From Macrostomum lignano (Eukaryota), in contig NIVC01002414.1 in the NCBI GenBank assembly GCA_002269645.1, forward strand, positions 74,938 through 138,937: DNA of 64,000 nt, given 5' to 3'. The translations under genes were made by a program, and so were the position numbers. How positions within the stretch are numbered: the first letter of the stretch is position 1; each line of letters starts with the position of its first letter. The notes under the pieces were generated by a model that worked only from the letters and a program-made list of their open reading frames with translations, was not told where the DNA came from and did no database searches. Positions 38,076 through 50,975 of the stretch are shown here, in pieces.

Positions 38076-38609
38076 GTATAAGAGAGATGATATTTTTGTT
38101 TAGTTTTAAAAATAGCCGAAACAGATGCAGAAAAAATCTAACGAAACAAAAATGGACTGAGTGCATCAGGGATTCGATGCTCGGCTTCCTCGAACGCTAT
38201 ACCTCGAACTAGTCGTGAGCAGCAACATGAAACTTTCTAATAAAAAGCATCTCAGACTCTCTGCTTCGCTCGCCCACGCATCATCTCAGCAGGAAGCCAT
38301 TATCAGCTTTATCTTTGTAACACTTTCAAAATGTCTAACCCTCCTTCTCATTAGCGCTGGATCCAGCTGCCTTGGAGGGAAAACTTCGCATCCTTACTTG
38401 GCTTCCCTTTTTTAGAGCTTAGTCTCGGGCCAAAATGTTCTGCCTTGCTCATAACCATTGCCAGCTTTGTCAGCCTTGGATTCTCGATCTTTTTATTGAG
38501 CCAATCTTCTTGGCTCAAGAGGCTAATCGTAATCCCTGGTAAATGACGGACTTGAGAAATAAAAGCTCTGATCTTGAACACCCGGAGCGAGACGAATTAA
38601 GCCTCACTG

Positions 38610-39790
38610 CCTCTCTCCCTGTCTCTCTCCCTGTCTCTCTCCCTGTCTCTCTCCCTGTCTCTCTCCCTGTCTCTCTCCCTGTCTCTCTCCCTGTCTCTCC
38701 CTGTCTCTCTCCCTGTCTCTCCCTGTCTCTCTCCCTGTCTCTCCCTGTCTCTCTCCCTGTCTCTCTCCCTGTCTCTCTCCCTGTCTCTCTCCCTGTCTCT
38801 CTCCCTGTCTCTCTCCCTGTCTCTCTCCCTGTCTCTCTCCCTGTCTCTCCCTGTCTCTCTCCCTGTCTCTCCCTGTCTCTCTCCCTGTCTCTCTCCCTGT
38901 CTCTCTCCCTGTCTCTCTCCCTGTCTCTCTCCCTGTCTCTTTCCCTGTCTCTCTCCCTGTCTCTCTCCCTGTCTCTCTCCCTGTCTCTCTCCCTGTCTCT
39001 CTCCCTGTCTCTCTCCCTGTCTCTCTCCCTGTCTCTCTCCCTGTCCCTCTCCCTGTCCCTCTCCCTGTCTCTCCCTGTCTCTCCCTGTCTCTCTCCCTGT
39101 CTCTCTCCCTGTCTCTCCCTGTCTCTCCCTGTCTCTCTCCCTGTCTCTCTCCCTGTCTCTCCCTGTCTCTCCCTGTCTCTCTCCCTGTCTCTCTTCCTGT
39201 CTCTCTCCCTGTCTCTCCCTGTCTCTCTCCCTGTCTCTCTTCCTGTCTCTCTCCCTGTCTCTCCCTGTCCCTCTCCCTGTCTCTCCCTGTCTCTCTCCCT
39301 GTCTCTCTCCCTGTCTCTCCCTGTCTCTCTCCCTGTCCCTCTCCCTGTCTCTCTCCCTGTCCCTCTCCCTGTCCCTCTCCCTGTCTCTCCCTGTCTCTCC
39401 CTGTCTCTCTCCCTGTCTCTCTCCCTGTCTCTCCCTGTCTCTCCCTGTCTCTCTCCCTGTCTCTCTTCCTGTCTCTCTCCCTGTCTCTCCCTGTCCCTCT
39501 CCCTGTCTCTCCCTGTCTCTCTCCCTGTCTCTCTCCCTGTCTCTCCCTGTCTCTCTCCCTGTCTCTCTCCCTGTCTCTCTCCCTGTCTCTCTCCCTGTCT
39601 CTCTCCCTGTCTCTCCCTGTCTCTCCCTGTCTCTCTCCCGTCTTTCTCCCTGTCTCTCTCCCTGTCTCTCTCCCTGTCTCTCTCCCTGTCTCTCTCCCTG
39701 TCTCTCCATGTCTCTCTCCCGGTCTTTCTCCCTATCTCTATCCCTGTCTCTCTCCCTGTCTCTCTCCCTATCTCTATCCCTGCCTCTCCC
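38610..39790. repeat. 10/12-bp pyrimidine repeat
   Basis: (CTCTCTCCCTGT)n mixed with (CTCTCCCTGT)n. Confidence 0.97.
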
Positions 39791-40451
39791 TGCCTGTCTC
39801 TTTCTCTACCTGTTTGTCTGTCTCGCCACGTGCCTCTCTCCCTGACAGTCTGTGTCTTTTTCTCTCCTCGCCTTTTTTGATGCAAAGGTTTCATTTCATT
39901 AGGCTTTTTGGCTCGACTAATCACCGATTCAAAAATGAGTTCGTGACTGAAATCAGTTTATAGAAGAAAGTCTTTAATCAATTTTTTGAGATTAAGATTT
40001 TTTTTGCGTTCGAATTTAGTTGCTAAGGCTATTCGAATGCCGAGAAATAACTAGTCGCAGAGTCGCCTCCAGATGCGTTCGAGTACTCTAGAATCACCTA
40101 GAGTAGATTGAGATAGGGGAGAACACTCATGGAATCCCGGGGATAAAAAAATAAATTTCTGGTAGAATTCGAGTCTCAGTAGCAAGTTTTGGCTGCGGGC
40201 TACAGCGGGCTCAGAGAAGCGGAGATGGAGTATACAGCGGCTGCACAATCAATGAGTCAATCAATCAATTTATCTGCCTTCCGAGCACCGAAAATAGAAA
40301 ATTCAGAGAGACAGAAAGCGGGCTAGATCCATCCAGTGCAGGAGAGAAGATCAAAGAGTAGGTAACTTCCTCAGCCACCACAAAGTTTGCCGCAGTTCGA
40401 GGCGGGAGGGTCTTGGTGGGTATATTTAGGGCTTTAGGATTGCCCTAAAGT

Positions 40452-40739
<288 letters not shown>

Positions 40740-41384
40740 TTAAAAGAGGTGGCCATATAAAAGGCAACAGTCAGTAAGCAGAGGCAATGGGTAGCGGCCA
40801 CCGAGACAAACCCGCAGGCACTGAGGTAGCCGGCTCCCGTGGCCAGAGAGCGGTCTATCTCTCTAGCCCTGCTCCGATGCGCGGCTGGGCACTAAAATGC
40901 CAACCCTCTGTCCACCCCCCAAACGGTAGTCGACTCCAGTTGATAAATAATTAAAGAGAAGCAGGAGGGCAACGCGGCCTGTCCGGCTCCTCGGATGGGG
41001 GGTGTGGGTGGATCAAGGCAGCTGGGTTGAGCCCCTCCCCCGCCCGCCTCCCTACTGATAGATTGCTACCACAGACATTGCAGTTGAGCAGGTTCTGTGC
41101 CGGTGCATAGTCCATGCTGGCGCATGGGTGCATTGTTATGCCAGCTCTATAGAGAGGCATACACCAATGCTCAGGGTTCCAAGCTTTCAGTTTAACAGGG
41201 GCATTAAGCTCAATTCGCTAAGAGAGAGAGAGAGTGGGAAGTCGGCGCCGTATTGTCAAAAAATATTGTGAGAAATTGACTTTTAACAATGGTCCATAAA
41301 TCTTCTTTGTTTGGCTACTTTTAGAATTTTCATCGCGCTTTTCTTGTCTGAATTGGTTTCCAGCAAGCTGGTTTTGTGAGTCTG

Positions 41385-41985
41385 AGGGGTCTGGTCACTC
41401 CGCCAGCTTTCAGAATACTCTCTCTGGTCACTCCGACTCTCTCTGGTCACTCCGCCAGCTTTCAGAATACTCTCTCTGGTCACTTCGACTCTCTCTGGTC
41501 ACTCCGACTCTCTCTGGTCACTCCAACTCTCTCTGGTCACTCCGACTCTCTCTGGTCACTCCGACTCTCTCTGGTCACTCCGACTCTCTCTGGTCCCTCC
41601 GATTCTCTCTAGTCACCCCGATTTTCTCTGGTCACTCCGACTCTCTCTGGTCACTCCGACTCTCTCTGGTCACTCCGCCAGCTTTCAGAATACTTTCTCT
41701 GGTCACTCCGACTCTCTCTGGTCACTCCGCCAGCTTTCAGAATACTTTCTCTGGTCACTCCGACTCTCTCTGGTCACTCCGACTCTTTTTGGTCATTCCG
41801 ACTCTCTCTGGTCACTCCGACTCTTTTTGGTCATTCCGACTCTCTCTGGTCACTCCGACTCTTTTTGGTCATTCCGACTCTCTCTGGTCACTCCGACTCT
41901 TTTTGGTCATTCCGACTCTCTCTGGTCACTCCGACTCTTTTTGGTCATTCCGACTCTCTCTGGTCACTCAGATTCTCTCTTGGTC
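41385..41985. repeat. ~19-bp tandem repeat with 40-bp longer variants
   Basis: CTCTCTCTGGTCACTCCGA, with inserts GCCAGCTTTCAGAATA and TTTTTGGTCATTCCGA. Confidence 0.9.
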
Positions 41986-42014
41986 ACTCCGAATAATCAC
42001 CCTAATCACACTGA

Positions 42015-42145
42015 TGTTTCACTCAATAGCCACTTTGATCACACTATTGGTTCACTCAATAGCTACTTTGATCACACTATTGGTTCACTCAATAGCCACT
42101 TTGATCACAGTAATGATTCACTCAATAGCCACTTTGATCACACTA
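42015..42145. repeat. 33-bp tandem repeat (4 copies)
   Basis: TTCACTCAATAGCCACTTTGATCACACTATTGG. Confidence 0.85.
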
Positions 42146-42862
42146 TCACACTAATGATTCACTGTCATTTAGGCTGTTATTTAAGCTTCTGTCATTTATT
42201 TAAGCTGTTATTTAAGCTTATGAAATTCTGTCAATTTCATAACAAGCACAAAAAACAGTTACCTGTCACTGAAATGCTGTCCACCTATATTAGCCTCGAT
42301 CAGTTCATGCTGATTAACAAAACAAGCGATCACCAAGACCAATAATGTGTCATTAATTTTTTCTCAATTGAGACTTCATGGACGATTATCTAATCCGCTG
42401 CCAAGTCCTTGACCCTGAATGATAAACTGATGAGACTGAAACCACTCTGCTTCTGACTATCTGTAAAATTATAGCTGCTTTTTCAACCCAGCAACCAATC
42501 AGAAGGTCTCAACCAATCAGGGTTGAGCCAGTTTTCTGTAAGGTTGGCTGACGAAAAGAACGCAACGAAAAACCGATCCCATTGAACCGCTGTTCAGCTT
42601 TTTTGGTACGCTAACTTGTCATTTACTCGTAGGAATAGATGTCAATTAATATTATTGATAACCTTGAAACACTAATCGATCTGGGCGTGATTTTTGGCTC
42701 TCTGTTTGTGAGAATTGACCTTGAATCACGTGATCCTTGTGTGTCTTTCGCCACGCACCGTGTGAAAAGTGACCTTGAATCACGTGATTTGGTGTGCAGC
42801 TGGTATATCTTTTCACTATCTAAATATACATTGTGCCCATCTCTCCCTTTTTTGTCTTTCGA

Positions 42863-43743
<881 letters not shown>

Positions 43744-44809
43744 CTTCTCCATCTCGCCAATAGCAAATTAAATATTTGTCCCAGATAACTGCAATTTTGT
43801 TGCTCATGCATGAGTTCTTTCGTTCCGAGTAAAAATTAAATTATCACACTCCAGTGAAAGCAAAAAAAAAACAAAAATATTGGAACAAGGTACGAGCTAG
43901 AAGCGCAATGAGACATGATTGATGAATGAATGTCAAATTAGGAAAAACAAAAGTTACTACTAATTGCATAATATAAATTGGGTCAAATTGAAAAAAATGA
44001 AAACCATCACGGAAGGTCATTGAACCTCCAGCTTGAAGGTGTCTGTTTCCATTTTTATAATCTAATTTTGCCTGAACTTGCTGCTTTTTTTCTTCAGAAT
44101 GGTTATAGAGTCTGGTTATAAGATTTTTCTTGGTGCCTTTATCCTATCTCATCATGGAGACTCTTGTCGGGTCACGGAGATCCCTGTTTGGTCATAAGAT
44201 CCCATGTCTGATCATAGTGATCCTTGTCTAGTCATAGTGATCCCTATCTGGTCATAGTGATCCCTGTCTGATCATAATGATCCCTGTATTTGGTCATATT
44301 GATCCTTGTCTGATCATAGAGATGGTAATATAATCCTGTTCAAAGAGACTCTGCTCTATAATCTCACCAGAACTTTTTTACGCACTTACAAGGTGCATTT
44401 CCGCAATTTAATTTTTTGAGAAAAAAGGAACGCCTCATTAGAAAAGGGACATGGAATATAATTTGCTCTGGCAATGGCAGGATTTCCTCTGCTAATTTCT
44501 GGGGATTTAGGGAATTTTCTCTGTCCTATTGCTTGCCTTGGAGACGGGCCCTAACTTATAAGCCGATTTTAAACAGATTAAGCTGTTCCAAAACTGCCAA
44601 ACAGACAGACGCCTGCTTCTCAATGCGGAATTTGAGTCCACTTTTTAGGACTATTCGGACCAGATTAAAAGGGCTTCTTCCTTCTCTGGGGGGGGGGGAT
44701 TTCCATGACGAATTTCGAATCTGGAAGTTTTGGGAATCTCTCTTTGGAACTTTTCTAAATTAATCTATCTGACAGCTCTTTGCCGCTGTCGCGTAGAGTT
44801 CAAGGACCA

Positions 44810-45466
44810 CCCTATCTGGTCATTGACTGTCTGATCATAGGCTCTGACCTCCCTATCTGGTCATTGACTATCTGATCATAGGCTTTGACCTCCCTATCTG
44901 GTCATTGACTATCTGATCATAGGCTTTGACTTCCCCATCTGGTCATAGACTATCTGATCATAGGCTCTGACCTCCCCATCTGGTCATTGACTATCTGATC
45001 ATAGGCTCTGACTTCCCCATCTGGTCATTGACGATCTGATCATAGGCTTTGACTTCCCCATCTGGTCATTGACTATCTGATCATAGGCTCTGACTTCCCC
45101 ATCTGGTCATTGACGATCTGATCATAGGCTTTGACTTCCCCATCTGGTCATTGACTATCTGATCATAGGCTCTGACTTCCCCATCTGGTCATTGACTATC
45201 TGATCATAGGCTTTGACTTTCCCATCTGGTCATTGACTATCTGATCATAGGCTTTGACTTCCCCATCTGGTCATTGACTATCTGATCATAGCTAGGCTCT
45301 GACCTCCCCATCTGGTCATTGACTATCTGATCATAGCTAGGCTCTGACCTCCCTATCTGGTCATTGACTATCTGATCATAGGGTCTGACCTCCCCATCTG
45401 GTCATTGACTATCTGATCATAGCTAGGCTCTGACCTCCCCATCTGGTCATTGACTATCTGATCATA
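44810..45466. repeat. 38/42-bp minisatellite
   Basis: CT(C/T)TGAC(C/T)TCCC(C/T)ATCTGGTCATTGACTATCTGATCATAGG. A related degenerate 20-bp GATCCCTGTCTGATCATAGT repeat lies at 44200-44320. Confidence 0.95.
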
Positions 45467-46979
45467 GGGGTTTCCTACTGTTGTAATTCAATGCATACAA
45501 ACTGATCTTAAATAACGTATATAAAGTTATTTTCGTTACGTGTCGGCAACAACAACAAATCAAGTGTCGCATCAAGTGCCGTTCAAGTTCAGTGCCACAC
45601 GCTATCGGCTTCTCTGCCCACTGACTGACAGAAGATTAACAAGTTTCTTCATTTCCTTCTGCAACAACAAGCATCGATGGCACGCGGAAGAAATTCTCAG
45701 ATCTGAGAAATCAAGAGAATTCTTCCCGAAAGCAGAAAAGAGAAATATTTCCCTTCTTAAGACAAGGATCGGGAGAGTTATCCTGTTGTACTATACAAGT
45801 GTGGGGGGATTAACAAGAATCGGAAGAGAAAGAGGAGAAAAAGGGATTAACAATCTGGCAGAGATAGATAGATAGATAGGCGTAAAGTAAAGCTAACCAA
45901 CTCCGAATGCATTTCTTAATCTCGCAGCATCCACGGTTTTTGGCTTTTGACAGTATTGGATTAGATCGAGTGGGTTGAGCTTGCATGGATATATACATGT
46001 AGTTAAAGCAGACTTTCGAGGGTGGGCTATTGGATAATTTCACTCGCTCTTAAAATCGACGCGAGCTGTTCTGCAGTTGCTCTTGGGTCGGATTGTTGAT
46101 TGGGGAACGACCCCTTGCAAATCTGTGAAATATTCTTTCAGAAAAATTAGTTCCCATCAGTTGAGTCGGATTGCAGGTCCCCAAAGAGAATTTTTTAACT
46201 GATTGCTTTGACATACGCGCATAGTTTGTAAAAAGTTGCGCCGAGATTTTCAGTTCAGTTCGTTTACGAGAATTTTCATCCGATTTCATTGCCTATTAGA
46301 CTGCAGAGATGATAAAAAGAGTAAAAATGCTTTTTATACTACTTACAAAAAAGAGTAGCATCTGATTTTCGTCTATACATACAGCGAGGAAGCCAATCTC
46401 GACGGCTGTGACTGGAGAACGCGAAGTTCGCGAACTTAAAGTTGCAACGTTTGCAAACAATTGGTACAGCTGTAACCTACAATGTACTCGTAACTCAGCA
46501 AAATGTTAATTAGTAATTCCACCCCGAAACCATGAGGCAAACTTTTCCCAAATCTTCATGCAGCCCCAGAAGTGACGCAATTCAGACCAACGCCAGAGGT
46601 TCTCGCAAGGACGCTGGCGTAAAAATACTAAATACTACTAAATACTAACTTACGCCACGTTAATGGTTGGAAATTCTAGAAAAGACCGGCCCTTGCTTTA
46701 GCTAAATTAAATGTATATGTTATGGCAATGAAGCCTTTTCGATCAAATAAAGAAGTGAATGTTTATTAATTGTTGTTGTTATGTATAGTCCTTGGGTTCT
46801 CGTCTACCAGGTACTTCGGGTGATGCAAGTGCAAAGCAAGTTTGATATTTTGGTGACGATGCATGCACCTGTTTCGGTGTGGAAATTCTAACATATTGCT
46901 GAGTGTATATGCCCTGCGTAGATCGAGTGCTACTATATCGCGTCGTGATACAGTATTACGTCCATTGTGAGATCTACAT

Positions 46980-47301
46980 TTAACCACTTCTGCCCCTCAA
47001 GCCTATGCACTCTCTCTGAGAAAAACCGTTGGCTGCAGAGCAGCCATAGACATCTGCATCTACCCACAAGCAGCCACAGCATTCACTCTTTGAAAATCCG
47101 CTGGCTGCAGAGTAGCCATAGATTCACTAAAGAGCTGTGTAATATGGGTGCTGTTTTTTATGGCTGCTCTGCAAGCCACAAAAGTGTTTTCTCAGAGTGA
47201 GTGGCAGGGTGCCGCTGGTGCTGGTCATAGACAGCTGTGGCTGCGGGCATTCAGCAGATGGCAGATGGCTGCAGAGCAGCCAGCGGGTTTGAAGGTGTTA
47301 A
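46980..47301. mobile_element. possible TTAA-flanked MITE remnant with interleaved inverted repeats
   Basis: TTAA-CCACTTC ... GAAGGTG-TTAA ends (imperfect), plus four copies of the GGCTGCAGAGCAGCC motif in both orientations. Confidence 0.4.
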
Positions 47302-47609
47302 TTAGAGCACTGCCAGTATATGTACTGAAGACTTTATTCCTCTTATTCATATGTGGATTCATCATTCATACATTCATACATTCATATATGTACAATAAAC
47401 TCTCAGTATGCATCTCAAAACTACTCAATTCTTCACAAAACCAATTATTCAACTGCGGAAAACCCTAATTATTAGCTTACTAGAATCTGACCGAAATATG
47501 AATACTCGAAAAATTTAATCCTTACAAACTACGTTATAAATCTTATTAAAGCTCAATCTTTCTACAGGCACATATGCATACAAAATGCATGTGGTACATG
47601 TAGATTGTC

Positions 47610-47658
47610 TACTTTGTGCCTGTGGGCCTTGTCTGAGCAGGCCCACAGGCACAAAGTA
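47610..47658. other. perfect 20-bp-stem hairpin with a 9-nt loop
   Basis: TACTTTGTGCCTGTGGGCCT-tgtctgagc-AGGCCCACAGGCACAAAGTA. Confidence 0.9.
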
Positions 47659-48476
47659 ATGCGTTATTAATTGGTCTATTGCAAAAAAGATGTTTTTCCA
47701 TACTGTTTTCCTTGTTTTATGCAACATCCGTGTATTTAAACTTTTTTTCAATATGCAATATTCAATATTTAATAGAATTTTTATTTAAAAAGCAATTAAC
47801 ATTATTCGTTTTGCTATGTTCGTAAAGCAAGAGAGCGTTTTTGTTTATATGTAGGCTTGTTGTTTTGATTTGTCAGTTTCTATGAACGCCAGAAACGCCA
47901 GAAAGTAAGGGTTAAAACGCGAAGCGAAGGCCACCCACTCGTCGACCATCGTCAATATGAGAGATTGCGTTAACGCAAGCTTGCCAACACCAAACCTGAC
48001 CAATAAAAAACGTGCAATGTATCACAACTGCGCACTTATTTCATCAGACTTCTAGTCAGTTGCGTGTCTGTTTGATTAGGCTACCAGTTTATGCTTTTAT
48101 ATAGGCCTAATACAGCTAATAATAGCATTTCAATCAGGGTGTTTTTGCGATTTATGGCATATGCCATTCTATATATATTTGGGTAGTTTATTGGCTATCT
48201 TACTTTGTCACTTTCTCACTCACTTTATATCTCACTGTGACTTCATAAGTGATATAAATTACTGTCTAAATTGTTATTGGTAAAAAATTTTACAGAACCA
48301 AATTAGGCTACTTTATATTTTTCTATACTTTAATTTGAAAAATTGATTCAAAATTCAAAACTACTCAGCAATTGTCAAACAAATTCCAATCAAGTACTTG
48401 ACATTAATTTTTACTTGTCCAAAATCAAAGCTTCATTGAACTATAGGCCCTAACTTTCAATTTTAATAGTCAAATG

Positions 48477-49075
48477 CCATAGTCTGGATCATGCTGGACT
48501 TACGCCGGAGGAAAAATCCAACATTTTTTGGCACTTACACCAGACTTACACCAACCAAAAAAGGTCCCTCTGACTTACGCCACCCAAAAAAGGTCCCTCA
48601 CAATTCTTGTGAATAGAATAGAATAGAATAGAATAGATGATTTACAATTAATCAGTGATTAATTAACTTCAGAAGTTGCAACTGCTTAAAAATCTCACAA
48701 GTTGCAAATTCTGAATCAAGAATCAAAGTAAGCATCTTGAAGCTAAAAAAACTTTTGCTATCCTACAATAGATATTCTGCTAGGCCTATCTCATTTATAC
48801 AAACTGCAATATTTTAATGAACTTTGTTTTAATGCTGCTCTTTAACATCATAATTAACGCAAATGTGTAATGTTCTATAGTGATACATTTGATTGTGAAT
48901 GATCTCATTTGTGCCAACATTTATACCACTTGATTTATGCCATGTACTTATGCCAAGCACTTATGCCAAGGCACATTTTGGCCTATACTTACGCCAAGCA
49001 CTTACGCCAGCCTCCGATCCCAAACCAGATTTATGCCGGAGATCTCTGGCGTAAATGACATGATCCGGACTATGG
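48477..49075. mobile_element. 599-bp non-autonomous DNA transposon with an 8-bp TSD (hAT- or P-like)
   Basis: TIR CCATAGTC(T/C)GGATCATG at both ends. TSD GTCAAATG at 48469-48476 and 49076-49083. Many subterminal CTTA(C/T)(G/A)CC motifs. No ORF. Confidence 0.85.
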
Positions 49076-49223
49076 GTCAAATGTAAAAGAGCAATCAGCA
49101 ATGTAGCATAAAACTAACAATAATAGGGCCTACTAATACTAAGGCCTAATATATTTAGCATTGTCAATACTGGAGATGAGAGAGATTTTGTGATTTTTAG
49201 TTCAATAAGAATAGAAACAATAT

Positions 49224-50140
49224 TGAGGTAGGGCGAAGGAAGTTTTTAGGGAGATTTGGTAGTTGGTAGGATTGTCCAGTGGTCGCTTGATTTAATGTCG
49301 AGTATGAGCGGCTCAGGCCTTCAAATTGGTGCCGTCGTTAATTTGCACAGATTAAATCCGGAAAATTTGTGTGGACGAATCCTAGTTAAAATGTCTCATA
49401 GTCCGGATACTCCGACTGCCGGGGTCCTCAATCCCGGGGGGAGGGTAGTTTTAGTCGTAGGTGAGCGGTCTTCGTTGGCGCGAGCATTCAGAGCAGGTCC
49501 TCAGACACCGAATTTATCGTATCTCGTATGTTTGACTTAACTTGTTACTAACAGTAGAGTAGCGCTGCCACCACCATAATTCGCATATTATGGAACGTTA
49601 GGGTCTCAGAGCTTGCTTCAAGATGAGACTAGGTTGTTTTATGCCCCACAGGCAAATGACTCAAAATAAGCTAGGCTTCGGGTTATTAATGAGAAAATTA
49701 ATGTTAGATCAACTGTTTTATTAAAAGTTCAGCGACAGGATACTAAGTTAATAAGTAATAAGTTCAATGGAGAAAATAGCTTGGCGTGTGTGCAAAATCA
49801 ACTAAGAGTAGCAAATAGTAGAGGGGACCGAACCCTACTCCGGCAGATGATTGGCTGGTGCCGCAGTGCACGACTGGAAAAAATAAACGACTTAATGCTA
49901 GTTGTAAATAAGTTGGGCGGATTAGAGATTGAAAATGCAAAAGATGGACAAATGAGGTCAAACATTGGTGGCAAAAGGTGGTCATGGGGTCCAAGCAACG
50001 AACAGACAAAATTAACAAGGAAAGATAGGCCAATAGCAAAGTTTCCAAAGGAGGGACACAAAAGACCAGAAAAAGGAGTGGGAAAACCATCGCAAGAATG
50101 GGGAAAACTGACAGAATAAACCAACAACTGGGGCACAGGG
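49224..50140 (-). repeat. 3' LTR (internal boundary not determined; at least 917 bp)
   Basis: Aligns by eye at about 93% to 62783-64000 after removing two insertions in the right copy. No convincing PPT located. Confidence 0.85.
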
Positions 50141-50327
50141 TGGACACAGAGGACCAAAAACTGGAGACAGCGGGAATGGGTCAAAAGGTGGTTTAATAAG
50201 TCACATAAAATAATATTAAATTTAGAAACTAAAATAATAAAGTTCATTAGATTGTTAGTGGCAGCCCCCAACTGCCACAGTCTCGGGGGAGCCGTACCTT
50301 TTTCAAAATCTTCGGACCTCCTGGTCC

Positions 50328-50975
50328 TCATTGGTAGCATCCTCGATGGGCGGCGGCGCGTCCTCCGCGATTGGCTGGCCGGGTGCCACGGGGCGGGCCT
50401 CCGTTCGCAGCAGCCAAGTCGGCAGTCGGCGGGGCCGGGGCCAGCTGCGCACTGTTCGAGGCCAAGGTCGATGGGGCTGGGCGCAATGGCCAGCCCACAA
50501 GCTGCACTTGGCCATCGACGTACAGCAGTCGCTCAGAGCGCTTGGCCACGGCCACGTCCCAAAAGATACATAGACGGGGAATCCATCCGTTGGCGAGATG
50601 GCCTGCCTCCCAATAGCCAATGGCTGGAAAGAGTGCCAGGGCCGGACGCTGGGTTCCTCCGCACTGTAACAAGCAGATCTCAGCTTGGCGCAGTTGTTCA
50701 TCGAGCAGATCGTGGGTGTGCTTGGGCCACATCAGCTTCAGTAAGATGCGCCAGGGTGCGTCAAGCTGAATTCGCCCTCGCCGGGACGCCTGTCTCCGGG
50801 CTTCATCGAGTTCTGTTTTTAGCCATTGACAGATGGGAGCTGTGCCAGTCAGAGTGGCTGATAAAGTCCGCAGCTCCTCGGGTTCTCCTATGCTGAGCCA
50901 GGGTGGTTGAGCAGATGGGGGTTCGGGTGCCGGCGTCGGGGGGCTAGCAGCTCCCAGGTTGGCGTTGTTGTTCAT
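50328..50975 (-). CDS. extra 215-aa ORF of unknown function between pol and the 3' LTR
   Basis: Uninterrupted ATG-initiated GC-rich ORF amid AT-rich flanks, on the same strand as gag/pol. No recognisable domain. Confidence 0.5.
   Translation of the reverse strand: MNNNANLGAASPPTPAPEPPSAQPPWLSIGEPEELRTLSATLTGTAPICQWLKTELDEARRQASRRGRIQLDAPWRILLKLMWPKHTHDLLDEQLRQAEICLLQCGGTQRPALALFPAIGYWEAGHLANGWIPRLCIFWDVAVAKRSERLLYVDGQVQLVGWPLRPAPSTLASNSAQLAPAPPTADLAAANGGPPRGTRPANRGGRAAAHRGCYQ

Noticed and set aside
42716-42790. Two copies of TGACCTTGAATCACGTGAT (nuclear-receptor half site plus E-box) and nearby CCAAT boxes
   Set aside because: A simple short duplication explains it, and there is no nearby gene start.
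45690-46440. 16-bp palindrome TTCTCAGATCTGAGAA and 14-bp palindrome AAGTTCGCGAACTT
   Set aside because: About one such palindrome is expected by chance in 64 kb.
49260-49700. LTR segment initially resembling rRNA, a tRNA-derived SINE or a hammerhead (CTGAGGA on the minus strand)
   Set aside because: No rRNA signature motifs, weak A/B boxes and no GAAA core. It is explained as LTR sequence.
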